From assembly GCA_029856145.1 (NCBI GenBank), contig JAHQWK010000026.1, positions 1-64,000 on the forward strand: 64,000 nt of DNA, given 5' to 3'. Numbering within the stretch: the stretch's first letter is position 1; each line of letters begins with the position of its first letter. The notes beneath the pieces were generated by a model. The model ran no database searches. It was not told the DNA's origin and saw only the letters and a list, made by a program, of their open reading frames with translations. The stretch is from Promethearchaeia archaeon (lineage in GTDB: Archaea > Asgardarchaeota > Lokiarchaeia > Sigyniarchaeales > SOKP01). The position numbers and the translations under genes were made by a program. This document shows positions 1 to 10,507 of the stretch, in pieces.

Positions 1-28
1 TACAAGAAGTACCAAGTAATGATCAATT

Positions 29-340
29 ATGAGCATACTCCTTATAAATAAACATCATCAACCACATACAACTATAGCTGTTGCTAAAATGCTTATAAAA
101 CAGCCAAGAGCAATCCCACATGTTACACAATGGCGTCTTTATAATACTGCTGCAGGGAAGGATGGAATGAAGCAATACCACTTAATTTATACAGAAAGAG
201 GAAAGTTAGAAGAGGCATCAATGGCTGTTTATAAATATTTTTTTCCTTTTACAACCCAAGTTGAGGGGTATAATATGATAGTCGAAACTCTAATTGGAGT
301 TTCAGATTCCTATAAGATGATAGGAATGAAATGGGAGTAA
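29..340 (+). CDS. hypothetical protein
   Basis: 103-aa ORF with an in-frame stop just upstream, followed by a T-rich tract; no motif recognised. Confidence 0.6.
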   Translation: MSILLINKHHQPHTTIAVAKMLIKQPRAIPHVTQWRLYNTAAGKDGMKQYHLIYTERGKLEEASMAVYKYFFPFTTQVEGYNMIVETLIGVSDSYKMIGMKWE

Positions 341-373
341 TTTAATTTATAATTTAATTTTTTTTTATTTTAT

Positions 374-1120
374 TTATTTTGCTTTCCCTTGGCTAGCAAC
401 GGCTTCTATTGCCTTTTCAATTTCTTCTTGGTCACCTAGATAATAATGAGTGATTGGTTTCAAGTCATCATCTAACTCATATATTAAAGGTACTCCTGTA
501 GGAATATTTAATTTCACTACTTCTTCATCGGGTATGTTATCAAGATACTTCACGAGTGCTCTTAAGCTATTCCCATGGGCCGAAATCAAAATCTTCTTGC
601 CAGATTTTATAGTTGGAGTAATAACATCATGCCAATAAGGTAATACTCTGGCAACTGTGTCTTTTAAACATTCAGTTAAAGGAATCTCATCAGGACTTAA
701 ATCTGCATATTTTGCTTCATTTCCAGGATATCTTGGATCGCTAGTCTTTAGAGCAGGTGGGGGTATATCATAGCTTCTTCTCCAGATTAACACCTGTTCT
801 TCACCCACTTCAGTGGCCATTTTTGCTTTGAAAAATCCTTGTAAAGCACCATAGTGCCTTTCATTTAAACGCCAAGATCGATAGATAGGAATCCACATTA
901 AGTCCATTTCATCTAACACAATCCATAATGTCCGAATTCCTCTCTTTAATACTGATGTGAAAGCAATATCAAACGTATATCCTCCTTCTTTTAATAATTT
1001 TGCAGCTTCTGTCGCTTCTTGAATTCCTTTTTCTGAAAGGTCTACGTCAGTCCAACCAGTAAATCTATTCTCTTTGTTCCACGTACTTTCCCCATGTCTT
1101 AAAAGTACTACTTTATACAT
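374..1120 (-). CDS. gpmA: 2,3-bisphosphoglycerate-dependent phosphoglycerate mutase
   Basis: [40 protein letters not shown] and AHGNSLR motifs. Confidence 0.97.
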   Translation of the reverse strand: MYKVVLLRHGESTWNKENRFTGWTDVDLSEKGIQEATEAAKLLKEGGYTFDIAFTSVLKRGIRTLWIVLDEMDLMWIPIYRSWRLNERHYGALQGFFKAKMATEVGEEQVLIWRRSYDIPPPALKTSDPRYPGNEAKYADLSPDEIPLTECLKDTVARVLPYWHDVITPTIKSGKKILISAHGNSLRALVKYLDNIPDEEVVKLNIPTGVPLIYELDDDLKPITHYYLGDQEEIEKAIEAVASQGKAK

Positions 1121-1244
1121 ATTTAATCATATTCTTAAATTATATTAGTTATGTTATGTAATAATTTTAAAACTTAATATATATCTTTACTTTTTATATC
1201 ATAGAATTATAATTCACATATGATTTACACGAGAGAGAGATAAA

Positions 1245-1931
1245 TTGAGAGAAAGTGGAATTTTAAAAGGTGCATCGAGGAAAGAAGAAAACTGGAAGAA
1301 AGTTAAGTTTGGTGAGCCTTTTGAGCAAGCTTTAGATCGATTCAGAGAAAATGTTCAGAATCGAAATGATTTTGATCCAACTTCATTGCTTCAATTTGGT
1401 TTGTTTATGTCTATGGCTGTTATTAATATATTAAAAGAAAATGAAGCAATATTTGGAATTGAAGGTCAAAAAGTAGTTAACGATGCCTTAATAAAAACGG
1501 TATATGAAGTGGGAAAACAAATTGTCGAAAATGTTGAAATTCCCCCCGATGTTTCTGACATAGAATTAATGAGTTTCTTAGCAACAATAATTAACACTCA
1601 AGCATGGACATCTATAGAAGAACCTAAGATAGATAATGAAGATAGATGTTCCTTTAATATTTTATGGTGTCCACTCCAAGATATTTATTCTGCTTTTGAT
1701 TGCAGGGTGCAAAGATATTTAGTCCAAGGGATCATCAATTATTTTCAAGAAAATCTTCTTAAAGCAGAATTTCAAGTAGAGTTTAAACACACAATTCCCG
1801 CTGGTGCTGAATGTTGCCGATTTGTTATAGATAGGAAAAATCCAGGAGAACAAAATAAATGGGAGACATATTCACGATTGTTAGAGCGTAAAGCACTAGA
1901 GAGATTAAATGAAAGAAAGAAAAAGGATTGA
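1245..1931 (+). CDS. V4R/ATC-hydrolase-like ligand-binding protein
   Basis: WCP...DC...TIPAGAECCRF cysteine pattern. Confidence 0.6.
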   Translation: MRESGILKGASRKEENWKKVKFGEPFEQALDRFRENVQNRNDFDPTSLLQFGLFMSMAVINILKENEAIFGIEGQKVVNDALIKTVYEVGKQIVENVEIPPDVSDIELMSFLATIINTQAWTSIEEPKIDNEDRCSFNILWCPLQDIYSAFDCRVQRYLVQGIINYFQENLLKAEFQVEFKHTIPAGAECCRFVIDRKNPGEQNKWETYSRLLERKALERLNERKKKD

Positions 1932-1965
1932 AATTATATAAAGAATTTATAACTAATTTAGGACT

Positions 1966-2175
1966 TTGAAAAATATGTCAATAAAATTCAATATAGAGGA
2001 AATAGAATACAAAATTAATGAATTTTTGATAATTAACAAAAGTAAAAAATTTTCTGTTAGCGATATTATGTCAAAAATTCGAGAATGGTATCCATTTGAA
2101 TTTGATGTTGGGGGGCAAATGGGTATTTTACAGATGTTAATGAAAATGGTGGAAGACGGCCGAATAATAAAGTAA
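1966..2175 (+). CDS. small hypothetical protein, possible winged helix
   Basis: 69-aa ORF; FSVSDIMSKI...LMKMVEDGRI resembles a wHTH. Confidence 0.4.
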   Translation: MKNMSIKFNIEEIEYKINEFLIINKSKKFSVSDIMSKIREWYPFEFDVGGQMGILQMLMKMVEDGRIIK

Positions 2176-2527
2176 AGAATAATAATTAATATTACTGAAA
2201 TATATCATCTATTACTTCACAGTTAGAATTATTCTATGTGAACCGTCAATTTTAGTCAATAAAAACTTAGAAAATCAAGAATTTCTTGAGATAAATAATA
2301 GAGAGTTAAAAAGAGGAGTCCTCAAGAAATGAAGGAGAAATAAAAAATGAAATACAATGCGAGATTTAAGGAAGAAATTAAAAAAAAAAATTAACTCAAC
2401 AAACAACAGTTTGGGTATTTAATTCTATTGCATACACTCATCCTGAAATATTGACAATCCATTTCTTTCAATTAATTGCCGTTTAAAACCATTAAATTTT
2501 TAAAAGAAGTAATATAGGGAAAAAAAT

Positions 2528-3184
2528 ATGTCAGTAGAATATAAAGGTAAAGAATATAAAGTGAAAGGAAAAGAAGGGAAGAGATCTCTAGATTTAAAAG
2601 GAATTAAAATAACTGATATAACCGAAATTAAAGGACTTAATGCTTTAACTGACTTAAACAAATTAAAACTTAATAAAAATCAGATCTCGGAGATTAAAGG
2701 CCTTGAGAATTTAACAAACCTAAAAAAATTAAATCTTTCGGATAATCAAATTACAGAGATTAAAGGCCTTGGAAACTTGACGAATCTGCAAGAATTGTAT
2801 TTATCACACAATAAAATTACCGAGATTAAAGGCTTGGAGAACTTGACGAATTTAAAAGTAATATGGCTTGATCATAATCAAATCTCGAAAATTAGAGGAT
2901 TAGATACTTTAACAAAATTATATCTACTATACTTGGGTTCTAACAAAATTATTACAATAGATGGAATTGGAAATTTAAAAAGTTTAACTGCTTTGCATTT
3001 TTACGGAAATCCTGTTCAAAAATGGCTTGAAAAGAATTCTCACGTTACAAAATTTGGTTATGTTAAAAAACCTCAAAAACTGGTAGAGTATTGTCACTTA
3101 AAAGATGTATCAAAATCGGGAGTAGTCAAAAAAGTTGAACAACCTGACGTAAAAAAGTTGCATGAACTATTTAAAAAAGATTAA
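2528..3184 (+). CDS. leucine-rich repeat protein (SDS22-like)
   Basis: About six 22-aa repeats LxxLxLxxNxIxEIKGLENLTN. Confidence 0.93.
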   Translation: MSVEYKGKEYKVKGKEGKRSLDLKGIKITDITEIKGLNALTDLNKLKLNKNQISEIKGLENLTNLKKLNLSDNQITEIKGLGNLTNLQELYLSHNKITEIKGLENLTNLKVIWLDHNQISKIRGLDTLTKLYLLYLGSNKIITIDGIGNLKSLTALHFYGNPVQKWLEKNSHVTKFGYVKKPQKLVEYCHLKDVSKSGVVKKVEQPDVKKLHELFKKD

Positions 3185-3451
3185 ATTTTAACATAAAACC
3201 TTATCAAACTGCATAATATCAATTACTAGCCTAAAAATATTATTAAGATTGGATTTAACCCATTATCTAAAATTTTTACTTTATATTATTATTCATTAAA
3301 CCATCCTTAGAATATGCAGTACGAGAGCGACTATTAAGTTTATTTTTAAGATAAAAATCATAATAAATTTTTTACATATCTTCCAATATTTCAATTAGAA
3401 TTTTGAAGGCTCGTGCTTTCATGTTTTCAAGTTTGTATCTGAATATTTTAT

Positions 3452-3628
3452 CTAGATGAATTTCGGGCTGTTCCACAAGAGGATGGGATATTAACGGCAA
3501 GAAAATATAATCCAGCCTCATATATTGAATTGTCTTCAAAAACAGGGTAAAATGTAGAAAAAGCATTTGATATAATAACAGAACTTTAGTTTGAAAGATA
3601 TTCAAAGGAACAAAAAACCATTGTTTAG
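3452..3628 (+). pseudogene. remnant of a Rab-like small GTPase, C-terminal part only
   Basis: Manual translation LDEFRAVPQEDGILTARKYNPASYIELSSKTG*NVEKAFDIITEL*FERY: G5/alpha5 region with two in-frame stops and no N-terminal half. Confidence 0.75.
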
Positions 3629-3711
3629 TTTAGTACTTTCTGCTAATCTATAATATTTTAATAAAACTGTATCTTAATTACTTTTATTAACTTAATTACA
3701 CTTAATTTGAG

Positions 3712-4092
3712 GTGCATTTTATGATAGAGGTATTTAATAAAAAAGATAAGCTTGAAGGATATATTGATGGAAAAAAGTATTTAAATAAAAAAAAGAAATT
3801 ATTTGGGTTCATTGAAAACAATGAGTTTAAGGATAAATCCGGCTATACTCTATTAATTCTTAAAGATAATGGAGTTATTACATGGAATGAGGGAGAAAAA
3901 AAAGGATATATAAAGGATGGAAAGATTTATTCTTCTTTTGATGATAGACTTCTATATGAGTTTAAGAAAGATAAAGGCGAAATTCTAGATTCTGATGGAA
4001 AAGTAGTTTTTTATTTTAAAGGAGATTTTGAAAAATTGGAAAATGTAGATTTTTTTGGAATTGCAGGACAATTCCTTGAGTTATTTGCTTAA
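3712..4092 (+). CDS. hypothetical beta-rich repeat protein
   Basis: 126-aa ORF with GAGGTG RBS; repeated GYI-x-D-G-K-type units. Confidence 0.6.
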   Translation: MHFMIEVFNKKDKLEGYIDGKKYLNKKKKLFGFIENNEFKDKSGYTLLILKDNGVITWNEGEKKGYIKDGKIYSSFDDRLLYEFKKDKGEILDSDGKVVFYFKGDFEKLENVDFFGIAGQFLELFA

Positions 4093-4417
4093 AATTTTTC
4101 AATCTTATGCCAGACTTGCATTTTATTTGGTCCACGATTCCCCCAAGCTTAATAACAAGGTTGAAATATTTAAAGAAAGGGTTTTATAAAGTTAGAGGCA
4201 AAATATAAAGGATCATTCGTCGTTCCTGTAGACGATGGTAGTATTTGTGATGTAAACCAGGCTATTGAACGATGGATGGATAACTTTTAAATTGAATCTT
4301 GTTAATAATTTTTTTAAAAGAATTTTTTTTAATGCGAGTTCTAATAAATTGACGTATTCTTAAAGGTGGACTTGCGAAGAAATACGACCTATTCGTAGGA
4401 TTTTGTATCAAAAAAAC

Positions 4418-4441
4418 AATCTTCTTTTTAAAAAGAAGATT
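4418..4441. promoter_or_regulatory. perfect 24-bp palindrome (operator or hairpin)
   Basis: AATCTTCTTTTT|AAAAAGAAGATT, 75 bp upstream of the acyl-CoA dehydrogenase start. Confidence 0.5.
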
Positions 4442-4516
4442 AAAATTCTATTTACAACTAATCCAAATAATATTAAAATAATTATAAAAAAACAAATCAA
4501 ATAAGGATTATAAAAA

Positions 4517-6049
4517 ATGAGTGAACCATTTTTTTGGTGGACTGAAGATCAACTCAAAATTTCTGAGAAAGTACGAGAGTTTGTTGATAAGAATCTTGAA
4601 GAAGCTGAATATTATTTTTGGAAAAAGAAATTTCCTTGGCCGCTAGTAAAAAAAGTTGCAAAAGAAGGATTTTTTGGTACAGGTATTCCTAAGGAATATG
4701 ACGGTTTGGAATTAGGCGCTACTGGAAGCGCTATTGTGGCTGAGCAATTAGGACGTCTCTATTCTGTTGGTCATGTTTTCACTGTAAGCATGTTGGCGGG
4801 ATTGGAACAAATTTTAAGATATGCTACAGAAGAACAAAAAAGATTGTGGCTTCCAAAACTAGCTAAAGGTGAAGAATTAGGTGCTGTCTGCATAACTGAG
4901 CCATTTGCGGGCTCTGATGCTGCTAATGTTTTCACCTCCGCTAAAAAGGAAGGAGATGAATGGATAATTAATGGAAAAAAACGATATATAACTGGTGCTG
5001 GTGTTTCTGATAGATATTTTATTTATGCTAAAACAAGTGATGACCCTGCTATTCGTAAGCAATATGGGCATATAACTTCATTTATTGTTGAAAAAGGTAC
5101 TCCTGGTTTTACATTGGAGCAGATAAATCCGTTAATAGGACTTGATAATGTTCCAAATGGTTATTTAGATTTTGATCATGTAAGAATTCCTGATAAAAAT
5201 CGTATAGGAGCAGTAGGAAAAGGATGGAATGTTATGATGGCAGGATTGAATTTTGAAAGATTAATTGGATCTGCTGTTTTTGGAGGAATGTTTGAAGATA
5301 CTATTAAATTACTTTTTCATTTCACTCAAAGAAGAGTTCAATTCAATCGAACAACAAACCAATTTCCCGGTGTTCAAGCTGGAATTGCTGAAATAATTTC
5401 TAAGTATAAGGTTGCTAGAACATTTTCCTATTATTGTACTAAATTATTAGATGAGGGAAAAGAACCTATGATTGAAGCCTCAATTGCCAAATTGATGAGC
5501 ACTGAATTTGGGCGAGATTGTGCTTTAAAAGCTATTCAAATTTTAGGAGGAGATGGTTTAACAAGATTTCTTCCTACAGAACGCTTTTTACGTGACGCAA
5601 AAATCGGTGAGATAGTAGCAGGGACAACTGAAATACAAAAAATGATAATTTATCGCTTCAGTGCTATGCTTCCCAGATATAACAGTTCTATAAGATTTAG
5701 GTGGGATGAGGAGGTCAATGCTCCATTAATATCAATGAAAGATTCTAAATTCAAAGGTCTAGAATTAAATGAGGAAAATATTTTAAAAATAATTGCTCAT
5801 GACTATAAAATTAATCCTGGCTTATACATGACTCCGGATGATGTAAGAGAAGATATTGGCGGGGGAAGTCGATCTACAATCAGAAAGATTTTTGAAATTT
5901 TAGAGAGTCAAAAATCAATTGTATGCCATAGAGATAGACAAGGAAAGATAGTGTTAGTAAAAGCGACTTACGAAGGTTTACAAAAAGCTTTTCCAAAAGA
6001 GCACTATCAATGGTTTCCTGAATGGTATGATGATTCAGATAAATTTTAA
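4517..6049 (+). CDS. acyl-CoA dehydrogenase with C-terminal winged-helix-like extension
   Basis: ITEPFAGSDA, NGKKRYIT, RVQFN, IQILGGDG, EIVAGTTEIQK; about 125 extra C-terminal aa. Confidence 0.92.
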   Translation: MSEPFFWWTEDQLKISEKVREFVDKNLEEAEYYFWKKKFPWPLVKKVAKEGFFGTGIPKEYDGLELGATGSAIVAEQLGRLYSVGHVFTVSMLAGLEQILRYATEEQKRLWLPKLAKGEELGAVCITEPFAGSDAANVFTSAKKEGDEWIINGKKRYITGAGVSDRYFIYAKTSDDPAIRKQYGHITSFIVEKGTPGFTLEQINPLIGLDNVPNGYLDFDHVRIPDKNRIGAVGKGWNVMMAGLNFERLIGSAVFGGMFEDTIKLLFHFTQRRVQFNRTTNQFPGVQAGIAEIISKYKVARTFSYYCTKLLDEGKEPMIEASIAKLMSTEFGRDCALKAIQILGGDGLTRFLPTERFLRDAKIGEIVAGTTEIQKMIIYRFSAMLPRYNSSIRFRWDEEVNAPLISMKDSKFKGLELNEENILKIIAHDYKINPGLYMTPDDVREDIGGGSRSTIRKIFEILESQKSIVCHRDRQGKIVLVKATYEGLQKAFPKEHYQWFPEWYDDSDKF

Positions 6050-6202
6050 ATAATATCCTTTACCTAATTTTTCCTTTTTCAATTTTTTTATTTGAAATAT
6101 AGTTAATTTTTAAAAAAAATTACAGAGAATGATTTAATCTTGTTTCAATTTAAAATTATTAAATTATTTTAGCTTTTTACAAAGTAGATTAGAAATTATA
6201 AG

Positions 6203-6559
6203 CTACTCTATTTTAAAATCTTCAATCATTGAAATTTTTTTATTAGTATCAATTGTAATAGCATTCAGTTTTATTTCCTCATCAGTGCTATCATCTTCAT
6301 CGATCATAACAAAATAAAAAGCTTCTCCTTCTGTATCATAACCAACTTCCATTTCTCCACAGGTCTCGGGTAAAATCTCTTTAATGTTTTCTGGAGCATT
6401 CTCTTTTAGGATTTCGTAGATAGTATCTTCAATCTTATTCTGACTTTCTCTAATTTTCTTGATATTTGCAAAATCAAAATTTCCCATGGACTCCTGGGTT
6501 TTAGAATTAAGTTCATTCCATTCTTGAAACATATTTTTCAAATTAGGTTTTGAAGCCAT
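6203..6559 (-). CDS. hypothetical acidic protein
   Basis: 118-aa ORF filling the intergenic space; no motif recognised. Confidence 0.65.
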   Translation of the reverse strand: MASKPNLKNMFQEWNELNSKTQESMGNFDFANIKKIRESQNKIEDTIYEILKENAPENIKEILPETCGEMEVGYDTEGEAFYFVMIDEDDSTDEEIKLNAITIDTNKKISMIEDFKIE

Positions 6560-6670
6560 ACGAATGCATTATTATTATTTAAAAATAAAGGTTCTTATTA
6601 TCACAAAAATAAAGTCTAACAGAACATTATCTAAAATAATATAATATATCAATAAAAATTAGGTGAAATA

Positions 6671-7246
6671 ATGAGCATCTCACTTCCAAAACCAGAATTA
6701 AAAGGAGAAAAAAGCCTTGAAGAATGTATTTATGAACGTGAAAGTATAAGAAACTTTAAAGATAAAATTATAGAGGTAGAGAAAATCTCACAAATATTAT
6801 GGGCTACACAAGGGAGAAAAGGTGAAAAACGAACCGTACCTTCAGCAGGAGCAACATACCCATTAGAGATATATGTTACTCTCAAAGATAAGGGGTTTTT
6901 TCATTATAATATTAAGACCCATTCATTACAATTGATTACGGAAGACGATTTGAGTAAAAATCTAGCTAGAGCTTCATTAGATCAATATTTTATTGCTGAA
7001 GCGTATCTAAATGTAATAATCTGTGCGGAATTCTCGAGAACAACTAATAGATATGGACAAAGGGGTGTGCGTTACGTATTTATTGAAGTTGGACATTCAG
7101 CACAAAATATTCACTTAGAGGTTGTCGCTTTAGGCTTAGTTTCAGTCCCAATTGGTGCTTTTGATGATGATATGGTAAAAGAAGCACTTGATCTTCCAAA
7201 AAAAATTGAACCTCTTTATATTATACCTATTGGATATTCTACATAA
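6671..7246 (+). CDS. SagB/ThcOx-family nitroreductase-fold flavoprotein
   Basis: RESIRNF, RTVPSAGATYPLE, EVGHSAQNIHL, IGAFDD. Confidence 0.92.
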   Translation: MSISLPKPELKGEKSLEECIYERESIRNFKDKIIEVEKISQILWATQGRKGEKRTVPSAGATYPLEIYVTLKDKGFFHYNIKTHSLQLITEDDLSKNLARASLDQYFIAEAYLNVIICAEFSRTTNRYGQRGVRYVFIEVGHSAQNIHLEVVALGLVSVPIGAFDDDMVKEALDLPKKIEPLYIIPIGYST

Positions 7247-7384
7247 TTTGCTGAGCGTCAAATCTCGATAGTATTGGGAAGATCCATCTTAATATTTGAA
7301 CTTATAAAATATATGTTATTAAGTTTTTAAGATGAATTAATATGTATAATTTCAATTTAATTACAAATAATCACTATTATTTAA

Positions 7385-8203
7385 ATGTCATACGACGAGA
7401 ATCTTGTAAAAAACAGAATAAAAAACAGCATAATCTACAATTCAATTATCTTTTTGTTTTTTATATACTGGTTTTTCTACTCTTCAATTGACAATATTTT
7501 AATGCCTATTGCGATATGTGTGGCAATTTTTTTAATTATAATTGCTAAATTAATAACGGAACGTAAAAATGGATTTAATAGAAAAGAAATACTTTTATAT
7601 ATATTACTTTTTTTCATCCCTTTTTCTTTATATGCAAATGTTATCTTATTTTATAATACTTCAATTACTTTTTTTATTCCATTTGATAGTTTAGTAGGAA
7701 TAAACCATAACCATAATATTATTCTGTTTTTACTTTATTTCTCAATAATCTTACTAAAATTAATAGGCATTAAGATCTATTTCTCAAGAAATGTAAAAAT
7801 CCTTGAAGAGGGAAGAGGAGATGAAATATTTCAATTTTTTACAAAGAATTTGAATTATAAAAAGATAATCCTTTTAATAATTCTCTTTCCATTGGTAGCT
7901 TTCATTGAGGAATTGATTTATAGAACTCTTCTACTTAGTGTTTTAACATATTATCTTAATTGGGAATACTTTTTAAGTATTATCTTCATTTCAATTATTT
8001 TTGGATTAGTTCATTTCTCTACTTCAAAGAACTGGGGGCATGTAATTTCCACTTTTATATCATCTATTATTTATTCTCTTGCTCTAATTCAATTAGGTTT
8101 ATTATATCCCTGGATATTTCACTTATCAACTAACTTATTTGTTCTATTATTCTATTATCAAGGAAAGAAAAAATACGTTACTCATAAAATATCTGAAAAT
8201 TAA
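7385..8203 (+). CDS. CPBP/Abi (CAAX-type) intramembrane metalloprotease
   Basis: Multi-TM; EELIYR, FGLVH and H-x3-N (HLSTN) motifs. Confidence 0.88.
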   Translation: MSYDENLVKNRIKNSIIYNSIIFLFFIYWFFYSSIDNILMPIAICVAIFLIIIAKLITERKNGFNRKEILLYILLFFIPFSLYANVILFYNTSITFFIPFDSLVGINHNHNIILFLLYFSIILLKLIGIKIYFSRNVKILEEGRGDEIFQFFTKNLNYKKIILLIILFPLVAFIEELIYRTLLLSVLTYYLNWEYFLSIIFISIIFGLVHFSTSKNWGHVISTFISSIIYSLALIQLGLLYPWIFHLSTNLFVLLFYYQGKKKYVTHKISEN

Positions 8204-8271
8204 CTGAAATAATATGAATGGATCTCTATTCCATTAACAAATTTTTTAAACTTATTATCAGAAGTGATATT

Positions 8272-8916
8272 ATGACTCAAAAAATACTAATATTAACAGG
8301 AGATTTTGTTGATGATTATGAATTAATGGTGCCTTATTCTGTTCTTACTATGTTTGGGTGTGAGGTTAAAATAATTTGTCCTGGTAGAGGAAAGGGTGAG
8401 TTTATTAAAACAGCGATTCATTACATTTCAATAGAAGATTGGGAGTTAGCTTTGAAGAGAAAACCTATTACATATTCGGAATCACTTGGGCACCCTTATA
8501 GATTAAATGATGATTTTGATTGGGAAAATGTAGAGAAAGAAGTGGGGAACTATGACGGACTTATTATTCCTGGTGGAAGAGCTCCAGAATACTTATCTTT
8601 AGTTCCTGAAGTTCAAAAACTTGTCTCTCATTTTATGGAGAATAATAAACCAATCGGTGCTATTTGCCATGGTCCTCAAGTTTTAGCTTATGCTGATGCT
8701 GCTCTTAAAGAAATTGAATTTTTAAAAGATAAGAAAATTTATCCTTATCCATCTGTAGCTCTTTCTTGTACTCTACAAGGAGCAATAATAGAGGATGAAT
8801 ATCCTGCTAATATTGCCTATACACAAGATAAATTAGTAACAGCTCCATCTTGGGATGCATTACCTGATTTTATGAAACAATTTCTTAAACTGCTTAATTT
8901 AACTACATTACCTTAA
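8272..8916 (+). CDS. DJ-1/PfpI family protein
   Basis: GDFVDDYE, IIPGGRAPEYL, AICHGPQ; start moved to MTQKILIL at 8272. Confidence 0.92.
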   Translation: MTQKILILTGDFVDDYELMVPYSVLTMFGCEVKIICPGRGKGEFIKTAIHYISIEDWELALKRKPITYSESLGHPYRLNDDFDWENVEKEVGNYDGLIIPGGRAPEYLSLVPEVQKLVSHFMENNKPIGAICHGPQVLAYADAALKEIEFLKDKKIYPYPSVALSCTLQGAIIEDEYPANIAYTQDKLVTAPSWDALPDFMKQFLKLLNLTTLP

Positions 8917-8983
8917 AAAATAAATTATTGAATTAAATTTTAAAAGTAATAAAGACGCCTGAGTTTGATAGAGATTAAAAAAA

Positions 8984-9799
8984 ATGAAAATCAATTTTCG
9001 AGAAGCTAAAAGCATTATCACTAAGAGCAAGATTCCTTCAATCGATTACGTTATAAATCCCTATACTGGTTGTCAACATGGTTGTGTTTATTGTTATGCT
9101 GAATTTATGATAAGATTTACAGGACATAAGGGAGATAAATGGGGACAGTTTTTAGATATAAAAACTTTTGATTTGAATAAAATTAAGCCTCAGAGATATA
9201 ATGGAAAAGTAATTTTGTTAAGTTCAGTAACAGATCCGTATTTACCCTTAGAAAAGAAATATCAGAATACTCGAAAAATACTGGAAAGTCTAGTTGGAAC
9301 TGAAGCTGAAATTTCTATTCTAACAAAATCGAAATTAGTTGTTAGAGATATTGATTTATTTAAGACGTTTAAAAATATTAGAGTTGGCATTTCAATTAGT
9401 ACTTTAGATGAGAATTTCGCAAGAGTTATTGAACGAGCGGCATCAAAACCTTTAGATCGATTGGAAGCGATTAAACAAATTTCTAAAGCGGGCATTGAAA
9501 CATATACATTTATATCACCTTTTTTTCCAGAAATTACTAATTTTAAAGCAATTATTGAGGAGAGTAGAGAATATACCAATCGTTTCAGCTTTGAGAATTT
9601 AAACTTCAGGCCTCACAATGTCCCTAGGATAATGAAAATAATTAAAGAGTATTATCCAGAATTGCTTCCGAAATATAAAGAAATCCAAAAAGATCGAAGT
9701 TATTGGGAGATACTTGAGCATGAGATTAAAGATTATTGTGAACAAAAGAATCTTAATTATGAGATTGAATTCCATCATGGAGGATTTTCAAAAAGTTAA
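8984..9799 (+). CDS. radical SAM protein (SplB-like/Rv2578c-type)
   Basis: NPYTGCQHGCVYCYA (CxxxCxxC), SSVTDPY, ILTKS. Confidence 0.9.
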   Translation: MKINFREAKSIITKSKIPSIDYVINPYTGCQHGCVYCYAEFMIRFTGHKGDKWGQFLDIKTFDLNKIKPQRYNGKVILLSSVTDPYLPLEKKYQNTRKILESLVGTEAEISILTKSKLVVRDIDLFKTFKNIRVGISISTLDENFARVIERAASKPLDRLEAIKQISKAGIETYTFISPFFPEITNFKAIIEESREYTNRFSFENLNFRPHNVPRIMKIIKEYYPELLPKYKEIQKDRSYWEILEHEIKDYCEQKNLNYEIEFHHGGFSKS

Positions 9800-9844
9800 A
9801 AATCAATTTAAAATATATAATAATAAAAGGAGATTTTTAGCCAG

Positions 9845-10507
9845 ATGCCAAGCAGTATATTTTCTCACCAAGCACCCGGATTGTTATTAAAAATAAAATA
9901 TCCAAGAAAGTTTGATGGAACAGCTTTATGCATCAGTACATTAGTTCCTGATTTTAATTTACTTGTTAACCCCTTTTTAACATTTGATTTTAGAAATATT
10001 ACTCATAGTCTATTAGGGCTATTAATATTTACTATACCTTTGACCATAATCTTAACAATGCTATTTTCCAGATATATTGGTCCATTTATCGCTAATATTG
10101 CGAAAAGAGGTAGTAGAATATATAAGCCGTTGAGATATTATGGTTTAGATGAATGGGATCATTTAAAGAAAAAAAAATATAATAGAAGATATTTTGTTGT
10201 TGCGTCTTATTCTGCTTTTATTGGAGGTTTAACACATCTTTTACTCGATCTTCCTGCTCATAAATATAATTTAATGTTTTTCCCTTTAGTAATGCTAAAC
10301 CCGGATTTCTTATTATATTCTATTAAAGATTTTGGTATTATCACTATTGGCCCAATACAATATAATGCTAATTTAACTGTATATCAACTTATATGGTTTA
10401 TTGAAACATTAATTACGTTTGTTATAGCTTTATATCTACTTAGATATATGAAAAAACGTAATTTAATTAAGAATTGGTATGAAGAAATACCAGAAGTGAG
10501 TCGATAG
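9845..10507 (+). CDS. DUF4184-like membrane-bound metal-dependent hydrolase, copy 1
   Basis: SHQAP, VPD, THS and THLLLD motifs; multi-TM. Confidence 0.75.
   Translation: MPSSIFSHQAPGLLLKIKYPRKFDGTALCISTLVPDFNLLVNPFLTFDFRNITHSLLGLLIFTIPLTIILTMLFSRYIGPFIANIAKRGSRIYKPLRYYGLDEWDHLKKKKYNRRYFVVASYSAFIGGLTHLLLDLPAHKYNLMFFPLVMLNPDFLLYSIKDFGIITIGPIQYNANLTVYQLIWFIETLITFVIALYLLRYMKKRNLIKNWYEEIPEVSR

Noticed and set aside
2640-2900. 66-bp periodic DNA repeats as a possible CRISPR array or VNTR
   Set aside because: They are the coding LRR units; there are no unique spacers and no cas genes
3372-3605. 77-aa minus-strand ORF
   Set aside because: Antisense shadow of the GTPase pseudogene
4150-4290. Possible gene remnant (..KYKGSFVVPVDDGSICDVNQAIERWMDNF*)
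   Set aside because: No start codon or recognisable family; too short to support
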